A DNA stretch of 63,775 bases, counting the filler, from Octopus bimaculoides (Eukaryota), in NCBI RefSeq assembly GCF_001194135.2. It is 7 parts of 6 records of this genome, joined end to end, with 100 filler letters (N's around TTAATTAATTAA, not from the genome) between each part and the next. Parts side by side here need not be neighbours in the genome. Positions count along the whole stretch, not along the records: positions 1 to 20,229 come from NC_068981.1; positions 20,330 to 25,465 come from NC_068999.1; 5 more parts are not named here. One strand, 5' to 3'. Of this stretch, positions 11,134-22,897 are shown piece by piece (position 1 is the stretch's first letter; each line of letters begins with the position of its first letter). The position numbers were made by a program, and so were the translations under genes. The notes under the pieces were generated by a model that did not search any database, had not been told where the DNA came from, and saw only the letters and a list, made by a program, of their open reading frames with translations.

Positions 11134-13195
11134 GTGTGATTTCTTTCTGTTTACTTCTCGATTACTTGTTTCTCCACCTCGCTCGGCCCCCTTCACGCAA
11201 ACTAATTATGTGTGTGCGTGTGTGTGTGTGTGTGTGTGATTCTATTTTTCCCCATATAATTGCAAATCATTTTTTTCTCCTTACTCAACGTCACTATTTA
11301 TACACATCCATCGCAACAATGTCACCAGAGACGCACACTCATGAACATATGTGTGTGTATGTGATATATGTATATATATATATGTGTGTATGTGTTTGTC
11401 TGTCTGTGTGCTATGGTTATATTGTATAAACAAACCTACGTTTTCTCTTTTTTTTTTCATTTATACACTTTACTTATACAGAACATACATATACAATACA
11501 TACGTACAGTGTCGTGCTGATATAAATATATATGTATCGCTGGAGAATCGATTGTTTGATAGTCTGAACTGGAGGGGAAAATAGTCTCTCGCTCAACTTT
11601 TTTTCTCTCCCGTTGAATATCTATGTTCTTTCCCTTGATCAGTCTCTTTTCTTCGTTCTCTTTCACTATCATTTGTTTTTTGTTTTTGTTTTCTTACCTG
11701 TCTCTTCCTCTTTCGTTCTTTCTCTTTCTCTCTCTGTGTCTATCTGTGTGTCTCTTTCTCTCTCAGCAAATCCTTCTATCTATCTATCTATCTATATTTA
11801 CATACGTTCTTTATGTTTCGGGTAGTTCTTTTTTTTTTTCTTTTTGTTTTTATTCAAAACGCTAATTCCTGAAGTTTGAGTAAATGGAATCACAGTTTAT
11901 AGATTTTCGAGTATTATGAGTGTGCATCTATTTTACAGCTTAAACACACACACAGACACACACACACACACACACACACATTATATATGAACACTGTTTG
12001 TTTGGATGAGAAACTACCATCTGTTACTTCGAATAAACGAGGGAGCTTCTACGCTGTAGCTCGAATTATCAGTAATAAGAGTCGAAAATACTTCAAATCA
12101 CAACCTTGCCGCCTTGAAAATGAGAAAGGGTAGACACAAACACACACACACACACACACACACATAATGAAAGATGGTCGCTTGCTATCAGAACTTTATT
12201 CAATCGAAGTCAAACTTGAGTCTAAACAACAAAAGCAGAAGTTAATCCCTCACTTTCTAGTGATTGCAGCTTTACATTGATACAAGACGAGATATTTTCG
12301 AACGATATTTGTCTCGTTCAGGGAAGAAAAACATGAAAGTTAATTACAGCGCGACCTGGAATTCGAAACGTGAAAAGAGAGAACATGGAAAAGACCATTT
12401 CTACCTTCTGTTTTTTAGCCACTCTATCGCGTCATTCAGTTTATAATAGTAATCCCTATAGTGAGTTCGAATACCGTCGAAGCTAATTTGGGCTCTCTAC
12501 TTTCCGAGATCGATGAAATACCAGTTAAGTACTGGAGTCACTTAAATCGATAACCCCTGATCAGCCATGACTTGAATAGGCCATTGATCGACGGTGTTCT
12601 AGCCTTGACTCTTTATTTCATTCATAGTATACCTTGCATTACGGTAACCAGTATGTCATTCTTTTTAAAACTATATAGGATAGATTTGTACCAGTCAAGC
12701 AGACATTTGATCAGAAGCATTCTAGTTGTAATCATTACTCCCCCCAACCCGTTTCAGTTGTAATGTATCTAAGATTACTGTAGCCAATATCTCGTTCTTT
12801 TTTAAGATTATAGAGAAGGGAGATTTGGCTGTCATTTTTTCATAGGGTCAGTGACTACGTTGGGGTCCCCTCGCTGTGTCTTGATTATTGCCGTCGTCGT
12901 TTAACCCTTATTTCTTGAGCAGATCTGTACTCGAAAGCATTCCAGATGTGGTTAGTCTTCCTTTTCTGGACAAAATGCATTCCGGACTACATTATCTAAC
13001 GTGTATTTCCTTCATTTTTATGTTTCTAGACTAATGGTGTGATTTGAAGCCGATTTGCCTACTTTTACTAGCAAACGGGCTGACCACATAGAATCTCTAC
13101 GTGGGGTGCTCTGAGCCACCACCCCCATGTTGGCTCCTAGATTATTGATATATAGTCCTAAGGCTGCTCTAGTAGAACAGAGCTAGGATCTAGAC

Positions 13196-13476
13196 CAGGC
13201 CTAGCCAACTCGAATTACATTGCGGGCCACAGAGTATTTTGAGAGCCGCTTGTATACTTTATACACTAATAGTCAAATAATCAAATTGCAGAATCAAACA
13301 TTTTTCATACTTTCCGTTTGTTTAAAATTATAAGATTTTAGGTTATTGATTTATTGCCGCTTATTTTATTGCTACTTTTCATTACAATCTTTAATTTTTG
13401 ATAAAATTTTTTAAATGTTGTTTAAATAAGCCCATTGCAAGAAAATATCAAGCGGGCCTCAAGTTCGCCAGCCCTG
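13196..13476. mobile_element. Charlie-type hAT MITE
   Basis: TIR-like CAGGCCTAGCCAAC / GTTCGCCAGCCCTG, perfect 8-bp TSD ATCTAGAC (13188-13195, 13477-13484) matching the NTCTAGAN preference of Charlie elements. Confidence 0.85.
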
Positions 13477-13721
13477 ATCTAGACCATTCCAGCCGTTACC
13501 AACCCGCCTCTTTTTCAGATACAAGGCATCTTCCTTTTTTTTTTTTTACTTAAACCACTAGTAATATGAGGGAGATTAACTACAATTTCTAGCAGACTGG
13601 ATGACAACGTTGAGGCGTCCTCTTCAACTCATATGACAAAGACAATGGACCCTCGAAATTAATGATTCATCGTTAGTTAAAGCTTTTAAGAGAAATTTTG
13701 TAAATTAAAGCAAGACTACTT

Positions 13722-15183
13722 CCGGAATCCCGGCTTGGTACAAATGGGGTACTCACAAAATTAATTTGGGCTCTGAGGGTCTCCCCCGCCCCCGTTTGTA
13801 ATGAAGGCCTCGTCATATATTCACGGGTCTTTTCATGGCTCTTTAGTCCCCGGATCGATGTACCGACTGAATCCCTATCTTGCCCTTAAAGACCTTGTTC
13901 ACATTGTTTGGTTTTATCCCCCTTGGTTCTGAGTTCAACTGATTGCAGAGTCATCTTTGTTTTATATATCTTGTGATCGATAATAACATTAGTACAAGTT
14001 AATAATGTAGAATGTTGATGTAATCGACCATTGTCCTCACGTTTAGCAATTGGCCTTGACCTCAAAAACAAGAAATCATTATTGTGGTATCTTTCTATTG
14101 ATGAATGTCGTAATCAGTGACTAAGTGTGTGTGTGTGTTTTCGGCCAACCTAGTGCAACAGTACTACTTCGCTTCCCAACGAAAGAAAGAATCTAAAATA
14201 CTTGATCAGCCTATTATTGTTTATGAGAAAAATAGAATAAATAAAAATGAAAACTGTGAATTTACAATGATGTGGCTTCAATGTAGTCGCCCGAAATATT
14301 AGAAATAATGGCTAAATATCACTCAACTCACATCATTTCGTCTAAAAAAGCTACAGTATTTTGAAGAACGATATTTAATCAAAAGCTGGTGTAATCAGAG
14401 CTAATCTATGGTTAACAACAAAAGCGATTATCTGTAAGGATTAACATTTTGAGGCTGTGTGTGAGTGTCTGATAACGTATGTGGGTTGATAGATTGATGA
14501 ACAAACGAAAAAAAGTAGCATTCAACGTTTGCAAGTGCCTTATAAATCGGTTTCGTAGGCGCAGATTTACGGCTACGTCTTCAGACGTACTTTCCCTCCG
14601 TACATCTGAAGATGCAGATTCATATTAGTGCGCCTTCGTGACTGCGAATGGTGAGGAAATTACTCAATATTTTATAATGCATACTTATATACATACTAGC
14701 GTGCGCACATACATATTCACATTATCGTGGATACACTACCTTAAAGAAAGCTTGTTTGGCAAAGATATGTATGAAATTGGGGATTTATTTGTGCATGTTT
14801 CTGTGCGTCTTTATACCGTAGAAATCTGTGTATAATATGCAACAATACGCTCTCCAATTGGAGGTTAAGGGTTAGGACTCATATTACAGGAGTAGATAAT
14901 TTATTTTGATCCAATATATTAATTTTAAAACGAGGCTGCTTTCGGATCACGGCCTGATGGAAATGGGGTACTCACAAAATTAATTTGTTCTCTGAAGTTC
15001 TTTCTTTTCCCGTTATTAATGAAGGCCTCTTCAAATATCCACGGGCCTTTTCATGGTTCTTTAGTCCCCGGATCGATATACTGGTTGAATCCCTTTCCTG
15101 CCTTTAAGAGCCCTGTTTACAGTGTTTGGTTTTATTCCCTTTGGTTCTGAGTTCAACTGACTACAGACATCTTTGCTTTATTT
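13722..15183 (+). repeat. Old direct duplication, ~250-bp units at ~13722-13965 and ~14924-15183
   Basis: Shared AAATGGGGTACTCACAAAATTAATTTG...TTTAGTCCCCGGATCGAT...TTGGTTCTGAGTTCAACTGA with many mismatches. Confidence 0.8.
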
Positions 15184-16509
15184 TAATCCAGTATCTTAAT
15201 TTTAATATTTCCTTTTTTGCTTTTTTTTATAACAATTTTGTCTTAATAAAAGTTCATCTGTGTTATCTATAAATACGTCAATCATGATAAATAAGTGAAA
15301 AAAGTTCATGTGCCAGTCAACATGTTGCCCACATAACGTATGAGCTTTTTTTTTTTCTTCTTTTCCTGTTAGTAAGTATTGATAAGAGATAATAATTAAA
15401 CTGTCGAATTTCGTGGCAGATTTGATAATATGCATATTTGTGTCATGCAGTATTTGCAGAATTACGTGATTATTATATATATTTTTGTCATGCTTATAAA
15501 CTTCTTTCACAGCATATTATTGTTATTAAGCATTAAAACTTTATTTTATCAGGTTTCTTTTTTTTTCTAAAATAAAAGTAGCTGAGAAAGAAACTTTACA
15601 AAGCAAAGCACCTGAACGTCATTTTGATTTTGAGTTTGACGATAAAGTGTACATATTATTCATGACCTTGGTCTTTCAAGTCTCTGAAAATGACCAGATT
15701 AGCATCTTTACACTTTGTGGGTCCTGAGGTGGCTTATTAGGTCAGTTGTAGCGTGAAATCCCACGGTTACAACGAGGGCATGTAATAGCAGTCATGACCC
15801 GGATGGACTCTTGCTTTCCGTGCAGCCCTCCTCTCTTTAACTTCTCTGATCATTTGCTGTGTGTGCATGTGTATTGCATTTTCGCTTTCCATTGAAGAAT
15901 ATTTTTCAATATTCTCTTTTCTACTCTTCCGCCTTCGTTACATCTACCCAAATAACATTAGGTTTTATACTATTCTCTATTGAAATAACTTTTTTCTTAT
16001 ATCTTTGGTTCGGCTTCCAAAACTTCCAACCCCTCTAACTCTCTCCCTCGGTGCCTTACGCTTTTTTTTTTTTTTTTCTTATTCCTGTATACATTTACTC
16101 CCACGCACATGTGCTGTCGAAACGGACGGAAGTACGGATGTCAAACGAATTATTTTAAGATATATGTAATATATTATAATTATTTTTGTTGATATGCTTC
16201 AGCTTAGCCGTGATGAAACAAACGTATGAATAAAGGCGTTTCAGCCGTGACCTACGTGTCATGTTTTTATAACATGGATTAAACTGTTCAAGGGGTCGTT
16301 GCTTTTATTTTTTTTTAAACCATTGTAGGGCATATGATTAATAAACAAAAATCAACATTCCCTGATGTATTCAACACAGTACATAGACGATTGTTCATCC
16401 TTATATATCCATGAAAGAGGAGGGCTTATTAAATTACACTTCGGTCAAAAGCACATGTACCGAACCGCTAAGTTACAGGGCCGTAAACACACCAGCATCA
16501 GTTGGAGGA

Positions 16510-16561
<52 letters not shown>

Positions 16562-16718
16562 CACGATGGTCTTCTTTCATTTTCTATTATATATATATAT
16601 ATAATATAATATAATATAATATAATATATATATATATATATATATATACATATGATATATATATTTAATATAACATAATATAATATGATATATATAATAT
16701 AATATACATTATATATAT

Positions 16719-17016
16719 AAACAATTGCACCGTGGAAGGTGTTTATAAGCCATTTAAGAAACACACAAAAACCGTTAGATTCATTTCAAAATTTTAATTT
16801 AATTCCGCGATGCAGCACGGAATTTTGTCAGTGAACAGGTCACGGTCTCAAAGCGACGAAAATATTTTGGCAAATTAAATTTAAATGTGGAAGTGAATCT
16901 AACGGTTTTTGTTAGTTTCTTAAATGGCTTATAAACCCCTTCCACGCTGCAATTGTTTTTGTTCCAGCACACTATCTCAGATCAGGTCACTTGCTATGCA
17001 AGTACATCTCCGTAAT
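16719..17016. mobile_element. Fold-back element: ~85-bp inverted arms 16719-16803 / 16873-16958 around an HHR-like core
   Basis: AAACAATTGCACCGTGGAAGGTGTTTATAAGCCATTTAAGAAAC... is the inverse of ...GTTTCTTAAATGGCTTATAAACCCCTTCCACGCTGCAATTGTTT; the right side continues to ...CTCCGTAAT and a TA run. Confidence 0.8.
16824..16874 (+). ncRNA. Candidate minimal type I hammerhead ribozyme with G3-C8 core variant
   Basis: Stem I TTTGTCA/TGGCAAA; core GTGAACA + extra G; stem II GTCAC/GCGAC (one mismatch); GAAA; palindromic ATAT loop; TT cleavage site. Confidence 0.55.
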
Positions 17017-17208
17017 AATATATATATAATATCCATATATCGTGAAGTATATTTGCCACTTAAATGTGGCTAACCCTTAAGGGTGGATGCTACTGTAGCT
17101 TGTAGCCCGAGGAGGACACCTCCTCCAGCTGCCTATTGACACACTTTCTGTGCCCTATCAGTATTTGCAAAGGGAAGCCATCCTTCCCATCTTCAACCTG
17201 ACGTGATA

Positions 17209-17253
17209 CACATGGACCCGAGTTTCTGGGTATTGTCCCGTCATCAGCATGTG
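17209..17253 (-). ncRNA. Minimal type I hammerhead ribozyme (left arm)
   Basis: Minus strand: CACATG-CTGATGA-C-GGG(ACAATA)CCC-A-GAAAC-TCGG-GTC-CATGTG; perfect 6-bp stem I, canonical core, GUC triplet. Confidence 0.8.
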
Positions 17254-17285
17254 ACAATCACCAGTGATTGTCACAAGCTGATTGT

Positions 17286-17330
17286 CACATGCTGATGACG
17301 GGTCAATACCCAGAAACTCGGGTCCGTGTG
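17286..17330 (+). ncRNA. Minimal type I hammerhead ribozyme (right arm)
   Basis: CACATG-CTGATGA-C-GGGT(CAAT)ACCC-A-GAAAC-TCGG-GTC-CGTGTG; stem I 6 bp with one GU, predicted cleavage after 17324. Confidence 0.8.
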
Positions 17331-17578
17331 TATCACGTCAATTTGAAAATGGGAAGGATGGCTTCCCTTTGCAAATACTGATAGGGCACAGAAAGTGTGT
17401 CAATAACCAGCTGGTGGAGGGGTCCTCCTGGGGTTACAAGCTACAGTAGCATCCACCCTTAAGGGTTAGTCACCTTTAAGTGGCAAATATACTTCACGAT
17501 GTCATGCAGCTACTGTTTATACCTCGTTCATAGATTTATTATTAATATACATATACGTATATATATAAATATACACAC

Positions 17579-17628
<50 letters not shown>

Positions 17629-18198
17629 GTGTGTGTGTATATATATATGTATAGTATAGTATAGTANNNNNNNNNNNNNNNNNNNNNNNNNNNNNNNNNN
17701 NNNNNNNNNNNNNNNNNNNNNNNNNNNNNNNNNNNNNNNNNNNNNNNNNNNNNNNNNNNNNNNNNNNNNNNNNNNNNNNNNNNNNNNNNNNNNNNNNNNN
17801 NNNNNNNNNNNNNNNNNNNNNNNNNNNNNNNNNNNNNNNNNNNNNNNNNNNNNNNNNNNNNNNNNNNNNNNNNNNNNNNNNNNNNNNNNNNNNNNNNNNN
17901 NNNNNNNNNNNNNNNNNNNNNNNNNNNNNNNNNNNNNNNNNNNNNNNNNNNNNNNNNNNNNNNNNNNNNNNNNNNNNNNNNNNNNNNNNNNNNNNNNNNN
18001 NNNNNNNNNNNNNNNNNNNNNNNNNNNNNNNNNNNNNNNNNNNNNNNNNNNNNNNNNNNNNNNNNNNNNNNNNNNNNNNNNNNNNNNNNNNNNNNNNNNN
18101 NNNNNNNNNNNNNNNNNNNNNNNNNNNNNNNNNNNNNNNNNNNNNNNNNNNNNNNNNNNNNNNNNNNNNNNNNNNNNNNNNNNNNNNNNNNNNNNNNN

Positions 18199-18283
<85 letters not shown>

Positions 18284-18849
18284 TCACTCCAAGATGTCGG
18301 GTTTTAATTCAAAGGATAATCTGCACCTTTTTCTAGCACATCGACTGATCGTGTAACGATTTCCTTGTTGCTTGAAACTGAGTTTCAAAACGAAGTGTAG
18401 ACTTGTATACGTATTTGTATATGATCGAGTCTGTTGTCTGCGCGTGTGTGGACGCATGCTTTGACTTGAAGTCCGTATTGATCTTGGGAAGCGTGGGAAA
18501 GTCTTACTTCCGGTCTCTTTCAGCCTTAGAATTACCATGCGGTCAGATTGTATTATTATTTTATATTGTGCACCAGTGCATAGTCTATTGAAGCTCTTTT
18601 TGTGTTTAATTAACATTAGAAACAATAAACAATAGACCTTAAGTTACTGTCGAGTTAACGGACATTCAGCATTAACAGACTCACCTTTCCTCCTATATTA
18701 GTCTACTAAAACGAGGCTTCAGTGCATGGACACACACACGTTATATTTTATGTGAATTAAACAAATGGGAACAATCGACCTTAAATGCACTACAGTTAAC
18801 TTGTAATATTCCATCACACACACACACACTGTAACTACAAACGTGCTGT

Positions 18850-19000
18850 TGGTGATTTTTATTTCCTTCTCTGGAATTTTCCGTTTTCCTTTCCAGACGA
18901 AGAGCCATGCTCAAAATGTCAAAAGCTCTCTCTTTTTACTGAGCATCAAAACTAATACTTTCCATGTGCACGCCCGTCCTCTTGTTAATGTTATTTTTAA
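18850..19000 (+). mobile_element. Family D relative (HHR-bearing short repeat), degenerate
   Basis: CAGACGA-A-GAGC(CAT)GCTC-AAAATGTC-AAAAG at ~18894-18925 and downstream GAGCATCAAAACTAATAC shared with family D. Confidence 0.6.
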
Positions 19001-19017
19001 TGCTCGATTTTTCGATT

Positions 19018-19063
<46 letters not shown>

Positions 19064-19667
19064 NNNNNNNNNNNNNNNNNNNNNNNNNNNNNNNNNNNNN
19101 NNNNNNNNNNNNNNNNNNNNNNNNNNNNNNNNNNNNNNNNNNNNNNNNNNNNNNNNNNNNNNNNNNNNNNNNNNNNNNNNNNNNNNNNNNNNNNNNNNNN
19201 NNNNNNNNNNNNNNNNNNNNNNNNNNNNNNNNNNNNNNNNNNNNNNNNNNNNNNNNNNNNNNNNNNNNNNNNNNNNNNNNNNNNNNNNNNNNNNNNNNNN
19301 NNNNNNNNNNNNNNNNNNNNNNNNNNNNNNNNNNNNNNNNNNNNNNNNNNNNNNNNNNNNNNNNNNNNNNNNNNNNNNNNNNNNNNNNNNNNNNNNNNNN
19401 NNNNNNNNNNNNNNNNNNNNNNNNNNNNNNNNNNNNNNNNNNNNNNNNNNNNNNNNNNNNNNNNNNNNNNNNNNNNNNNNNNNNNNNNNNNNNNNNNNNN
19501 NNNNNNNNNNNNNNNNNNNNNNNNNNNNNNNNNNNNNNNNNNNNNNNNNNNNNNNNNNNNNNNNNNNNNNNNNNNNNNNNNNNNNNNNNNNNNNNNNNNN
19601 NNNNNNNNNNNNNNNNNNNNNNNNNNNNNNNNNNNNNNNNNNNNNNNNNNNNNNNNNNNNNNNTCAA

Positions 19668-20225
19668 TCAAGAGTTTTGATGGCACATCTGGTGTATAAG
19701 AGAATTTGAAATCGCTGCCCTAAACTGTGTCTCATTTCGAGCCATTGGTTCGTCTGGTATCGTGGAGAGGAAAGCATCAAGTTTTGTCTTGAAGACTTCC
19801 GCATCCATGTCTTGCAGGTCTCTCAAATATTTTGGCAGGGCATTGAAGAGCTGAGGTCCTCTGAAACCGAGGCTGCTGCAGTATCTCGTTCTTATGTGAG
19901 ATGCAGTGGACGAAACCTTTGGCACCATGCAGTGGGGACCCGTGCGGGTATTCCTGTAGTACTTGATGCCAAAGTTTGGCACCAGTCCTTCCAGTATTTT
20001 CCATATGTATATTATTACATATCTTTCCCGCCTGCGCTCCAGGGAGTAGAGACCTAGTGCCTTCAGTCGTTCCATGTAGTTCATCTGTTGGACTGTGGCG
20101 ATCTTTTTTGTATAGTGCCGCTGAATTGCCTCGAGTTCTGCTGTCCGCTTAACACTGTGTGGTGACCACAACTGAGAGCAATAGTCTAGGCGGCTCAGAA
20201 CAAATGTCTTCCATAGAGTCAACAT
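19668..20225 (-). mobile_element. CR1/L2-like LINE ORF2 C-terminal fragment, same family as 259-1660
   Basis: Open 185-aa frame ...SRLDYCSQLWSP...YSLERRRERY...GPQLFNALP..., bounded by assembly gaps on both sides. Confidence 0.9.
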
Positions 20226-20653
20226 GACTNNNNNNNNNNNNNNNNNNNNNNNNNNNNNNNNNNNNNNNNNNNNTTAATTAATTAANNNNNNNNNNNNNNN
20301 NNNNNNNNNNNNNNNNNNNNNNNNNNNNNATATATATATATATATATATATATAAGGTCAGTTAGGGTGCGAAGTTATGGTATTTTCAGAAAAGCACTCG
20401 ATCCGAATTCTTCAGGTGTAGTAAATCCATGTTTCACAACAATTATACCGTAAAATGGGTTTGGTGAAGAGTAAATAAGCTAATGAAAAGAAGAAGACAA
20501 AGAAAATTCTTTAACACGTCTTTAATTATAAGTTGTAATTGTATCTGTCGCAAATAGGGGTAGTACAGAAACGATTGTAACTTATAATTAAAGATGTGTT
20601 AAAGAATTTTCTTTGCCATCTTTTTCTTTCATTGGTGTGTGCATATATATATA

Positions 20654-20702
<49 letters not shown>

Positions 20703-20749
20703 CGTGCGCGCATTCGTGTATGTGTGTGTGTATTTGCGTGTTTGTGTCT

Positions 20750-20930
20750 GTTTTACAAACGATGTTGGTGTATTTACATCCCCGTAACTTAGCGATTCGG
20801 CAAAAGACACCGATGGATTAAGTACTAGACTTACAAAGTCAAAATCCAGGAGTCAATTTCTCCGACTAAAATCCCTTAAGATGGTACTCCAGCATGGTCG
20901 CAGTCAAATGACTGAAACAATTAAAACAAT
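20750..20930 (+). mobile_element. 3' half of SINE family B
   Basis: GATGTTGGTGTATTTACATCCCCGTAACTTAGCG...CCAGCATGGTCGCAGTCAAATGACTGAAAC. Confidence 0.75.
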
Positions 20931-20951
20931 AAAAGAACAAAAGATAATATA

Positions 20952-21125
20952 TAGTTCAAATTTATAGAAAGACAAAGACGAAGACAGGTGTGTTGATTTG
21001 ACGCTCGGGAAAAATGGAAAAGTCTTTTACGTTTCGAGCTTACGCTCTTCGACAGAAAGGAATAAGAGGAAATAAATAGAGAGGGAATGAAAAACAAAAA
21101 CGTGTTCAGTTCAGTGGCCCAACAT
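20952..21125 (-). mobile_element. Family D HHR-bearing short repeat
   Basis: Minus strand CCTTT-CTGTCGA-A-GAGC(GTAA)GCTC-GAAAC-GTA-AAAGA at 21023-21060; terminus shared with 59773. Confidence 0.7.
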
Positions 21126-21415
21126 GATGAATGATTTGAAAAAAAAAAAGAGGATGAACGAAAAGGGAGATTGATAATAAGGAGAGGTTGAATGAAGGGG
21201 AGATAATTCATGATGATCCCAACAAGAGGAGGTGCGAAACGGTATATTCGAGAGCAAAACGGATTTGATTTTCGAAATTAGCGTCCCAAGTAAAAGGTTT
21301 CTGGTTATTAGTAATCAAAAAATATAATTTACTACGAGAAATAACTCAACTTTCAGATCGCCAACATTGAATGTCTTTAGAAGTTGCCATCTTAAAGTTA
21401 TGATTTCATGATCAC

Positions 21416-21460
<45 letters not shown>

Positions 21461-22080
21461 TGTGTGTGTGTGCGTGCGTGCGTGTGTGTGTGTGGCCTTA
21501 AAACTGTCTGTCTATCTACCTCTCTCTATATGTCTATCTGTGTTGTCTCTGTCTTTTATGCTGTCACACTCTCTTCATATACTGACCAGAGACTCTCTCA
21601 CTCTCTGTCTCTGAATATGTATGTCTCTCACAAATGCTGCTCCCACTGTCTCTCTTAATATGCCCTGTAATGCAAATCAGTCACAGGAGTCGAGCGCGTC
21701 TGTCTATGTACCTCTCTCTATCCGTCCCTTTCTGCCTGTCTGTCTGTCTTTTACGCTTGTCTCACTGTAAACTCCCCTCCTCTCTGTTTATATTTATCGT
21801 TCTCTCTCTCTCTCTCTCTCTTTCATTGTGGGTGCGTGTGTGTGTATGTGTGTATGTGTGTGTGCGTGTATCACGCATGCATACCCACTTATCTCTTGAT
21901 ATGATATGTAATGCAAATCAGTTACAGGAACCGAGTGCGTATCTCGATGAACCTCTCTCTGTCAGTCTATACGTTTATCTGTCTCTCTGTCTTTTATGCT
22001 TTAATTATTGTAAACTTTCGCCTCTCTCTATATATTTACCACATTTTCTCTCACGCTTTCTCTCACGTTGAATATGTGTA

Positions 22081-22143
<63 letters not shown>

Positions 22144-22863
22144 NNNNNNNNNNNNNNNNNNNNNNNNNNNNNNNNNNNNNNNNNNNNNNNNNNNNNNNNN
22201 NNNNNNNNNNNNNNNNNNNNNNNNNNNNNNNNNNNNNNNNNNNNNNNNNNNNNNNNNNNNNNNNNNNNNNNNNNNNNNNNNNNNNNNNNNNNNNNNNNNN
22301 NNNNNNNNNNNNNNNNNNNNNNNNNNNNNNNNNNNNNNNNNNNNNNNNNNNNNNNNNNNNNNNNNNNNNNNNNNNNNNNNNNNNNNNNNNNNNNNNNNNN
22401 NNNNNNNNNNNNNNNNNNNNNNNNNNNNNNNNNNNNNNNNNNNNNNNNNNNNNNNNNNNNNNNNNNNNNNNNNNNNNNNNNNNNNNNNNNNNNNNNNNNN
22501 NNNNNNNNNNNNNNNNNNNNNNNNNNNNNNNNNNNNNNNNNNNNNNNNNNNNNNNNNNNNNNNNNNNNNNNNNNNNNNNNNNNNNNNNNNNNNNNNNNNN
22601 NNNNNNNNNNNNNNNNNNNNNNNNNNNNNNNNNNNNNNNNNNNNNNNNNNNNNNNNNNNNNNNNNNNNNNNNNNNNNNNNNNNNNNNNNNNNNNNNNNNN
22701 NNNNNNNNNNNNNNNNNNNNNNNNNNNNNNNNNNNNNNNNNNNNNNNNNNNNNNNNNNNNNNNNNNNNNNNNNNNNNNNNNNNNNNNNNNNNNNNNNNNN
22801 NNNNNNNNNNNNNNNNNNNNNNNNNNNNNNNNNNNNNNNNNNNNNNNNNNNNNNNNNNNNNNT

Positions 22864-22897
<34 letters not shown>

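Larger units (their letters stand above)
17039..17500. repeat. 462-bp near-perfect palindrome (arms ~222 bp)
   Basis: 17039-17260 is the reverse complement of 17279-17500 with about 13 differences by hand count; centre TGTGACAATCA-CCAG-TGATTGTCACA plus a short tandem duplication. Confidence 0.95.

Noticed and set aside
12264-12446. 60-aa ORF after acceptor-like sites
   Set aside because: Open frame is phase 0, incompatible with the phase-1 donor at 6612; no donor or recognisable domain.
20274-20285. TTAATTAATTAA islands inside N runs (also 25510, 35267, 47741, 57007, 62377)
   Set aside because: Flanked by 44 N on each side where counted (100 bp total) and encodes stops in all six frames: an assembly gap placeholder, not biology.
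20378-20420. Minus-strand CTGAAGA...GAAA motif
   Set aside because: No convincing stem I, stem II or cleavage triplet.
21210-21244. ATGATGA-TCC...GGA...GAAAC-G-GTA motif
   Set aside because: C3 missing and no stem I pairing; may be chance.
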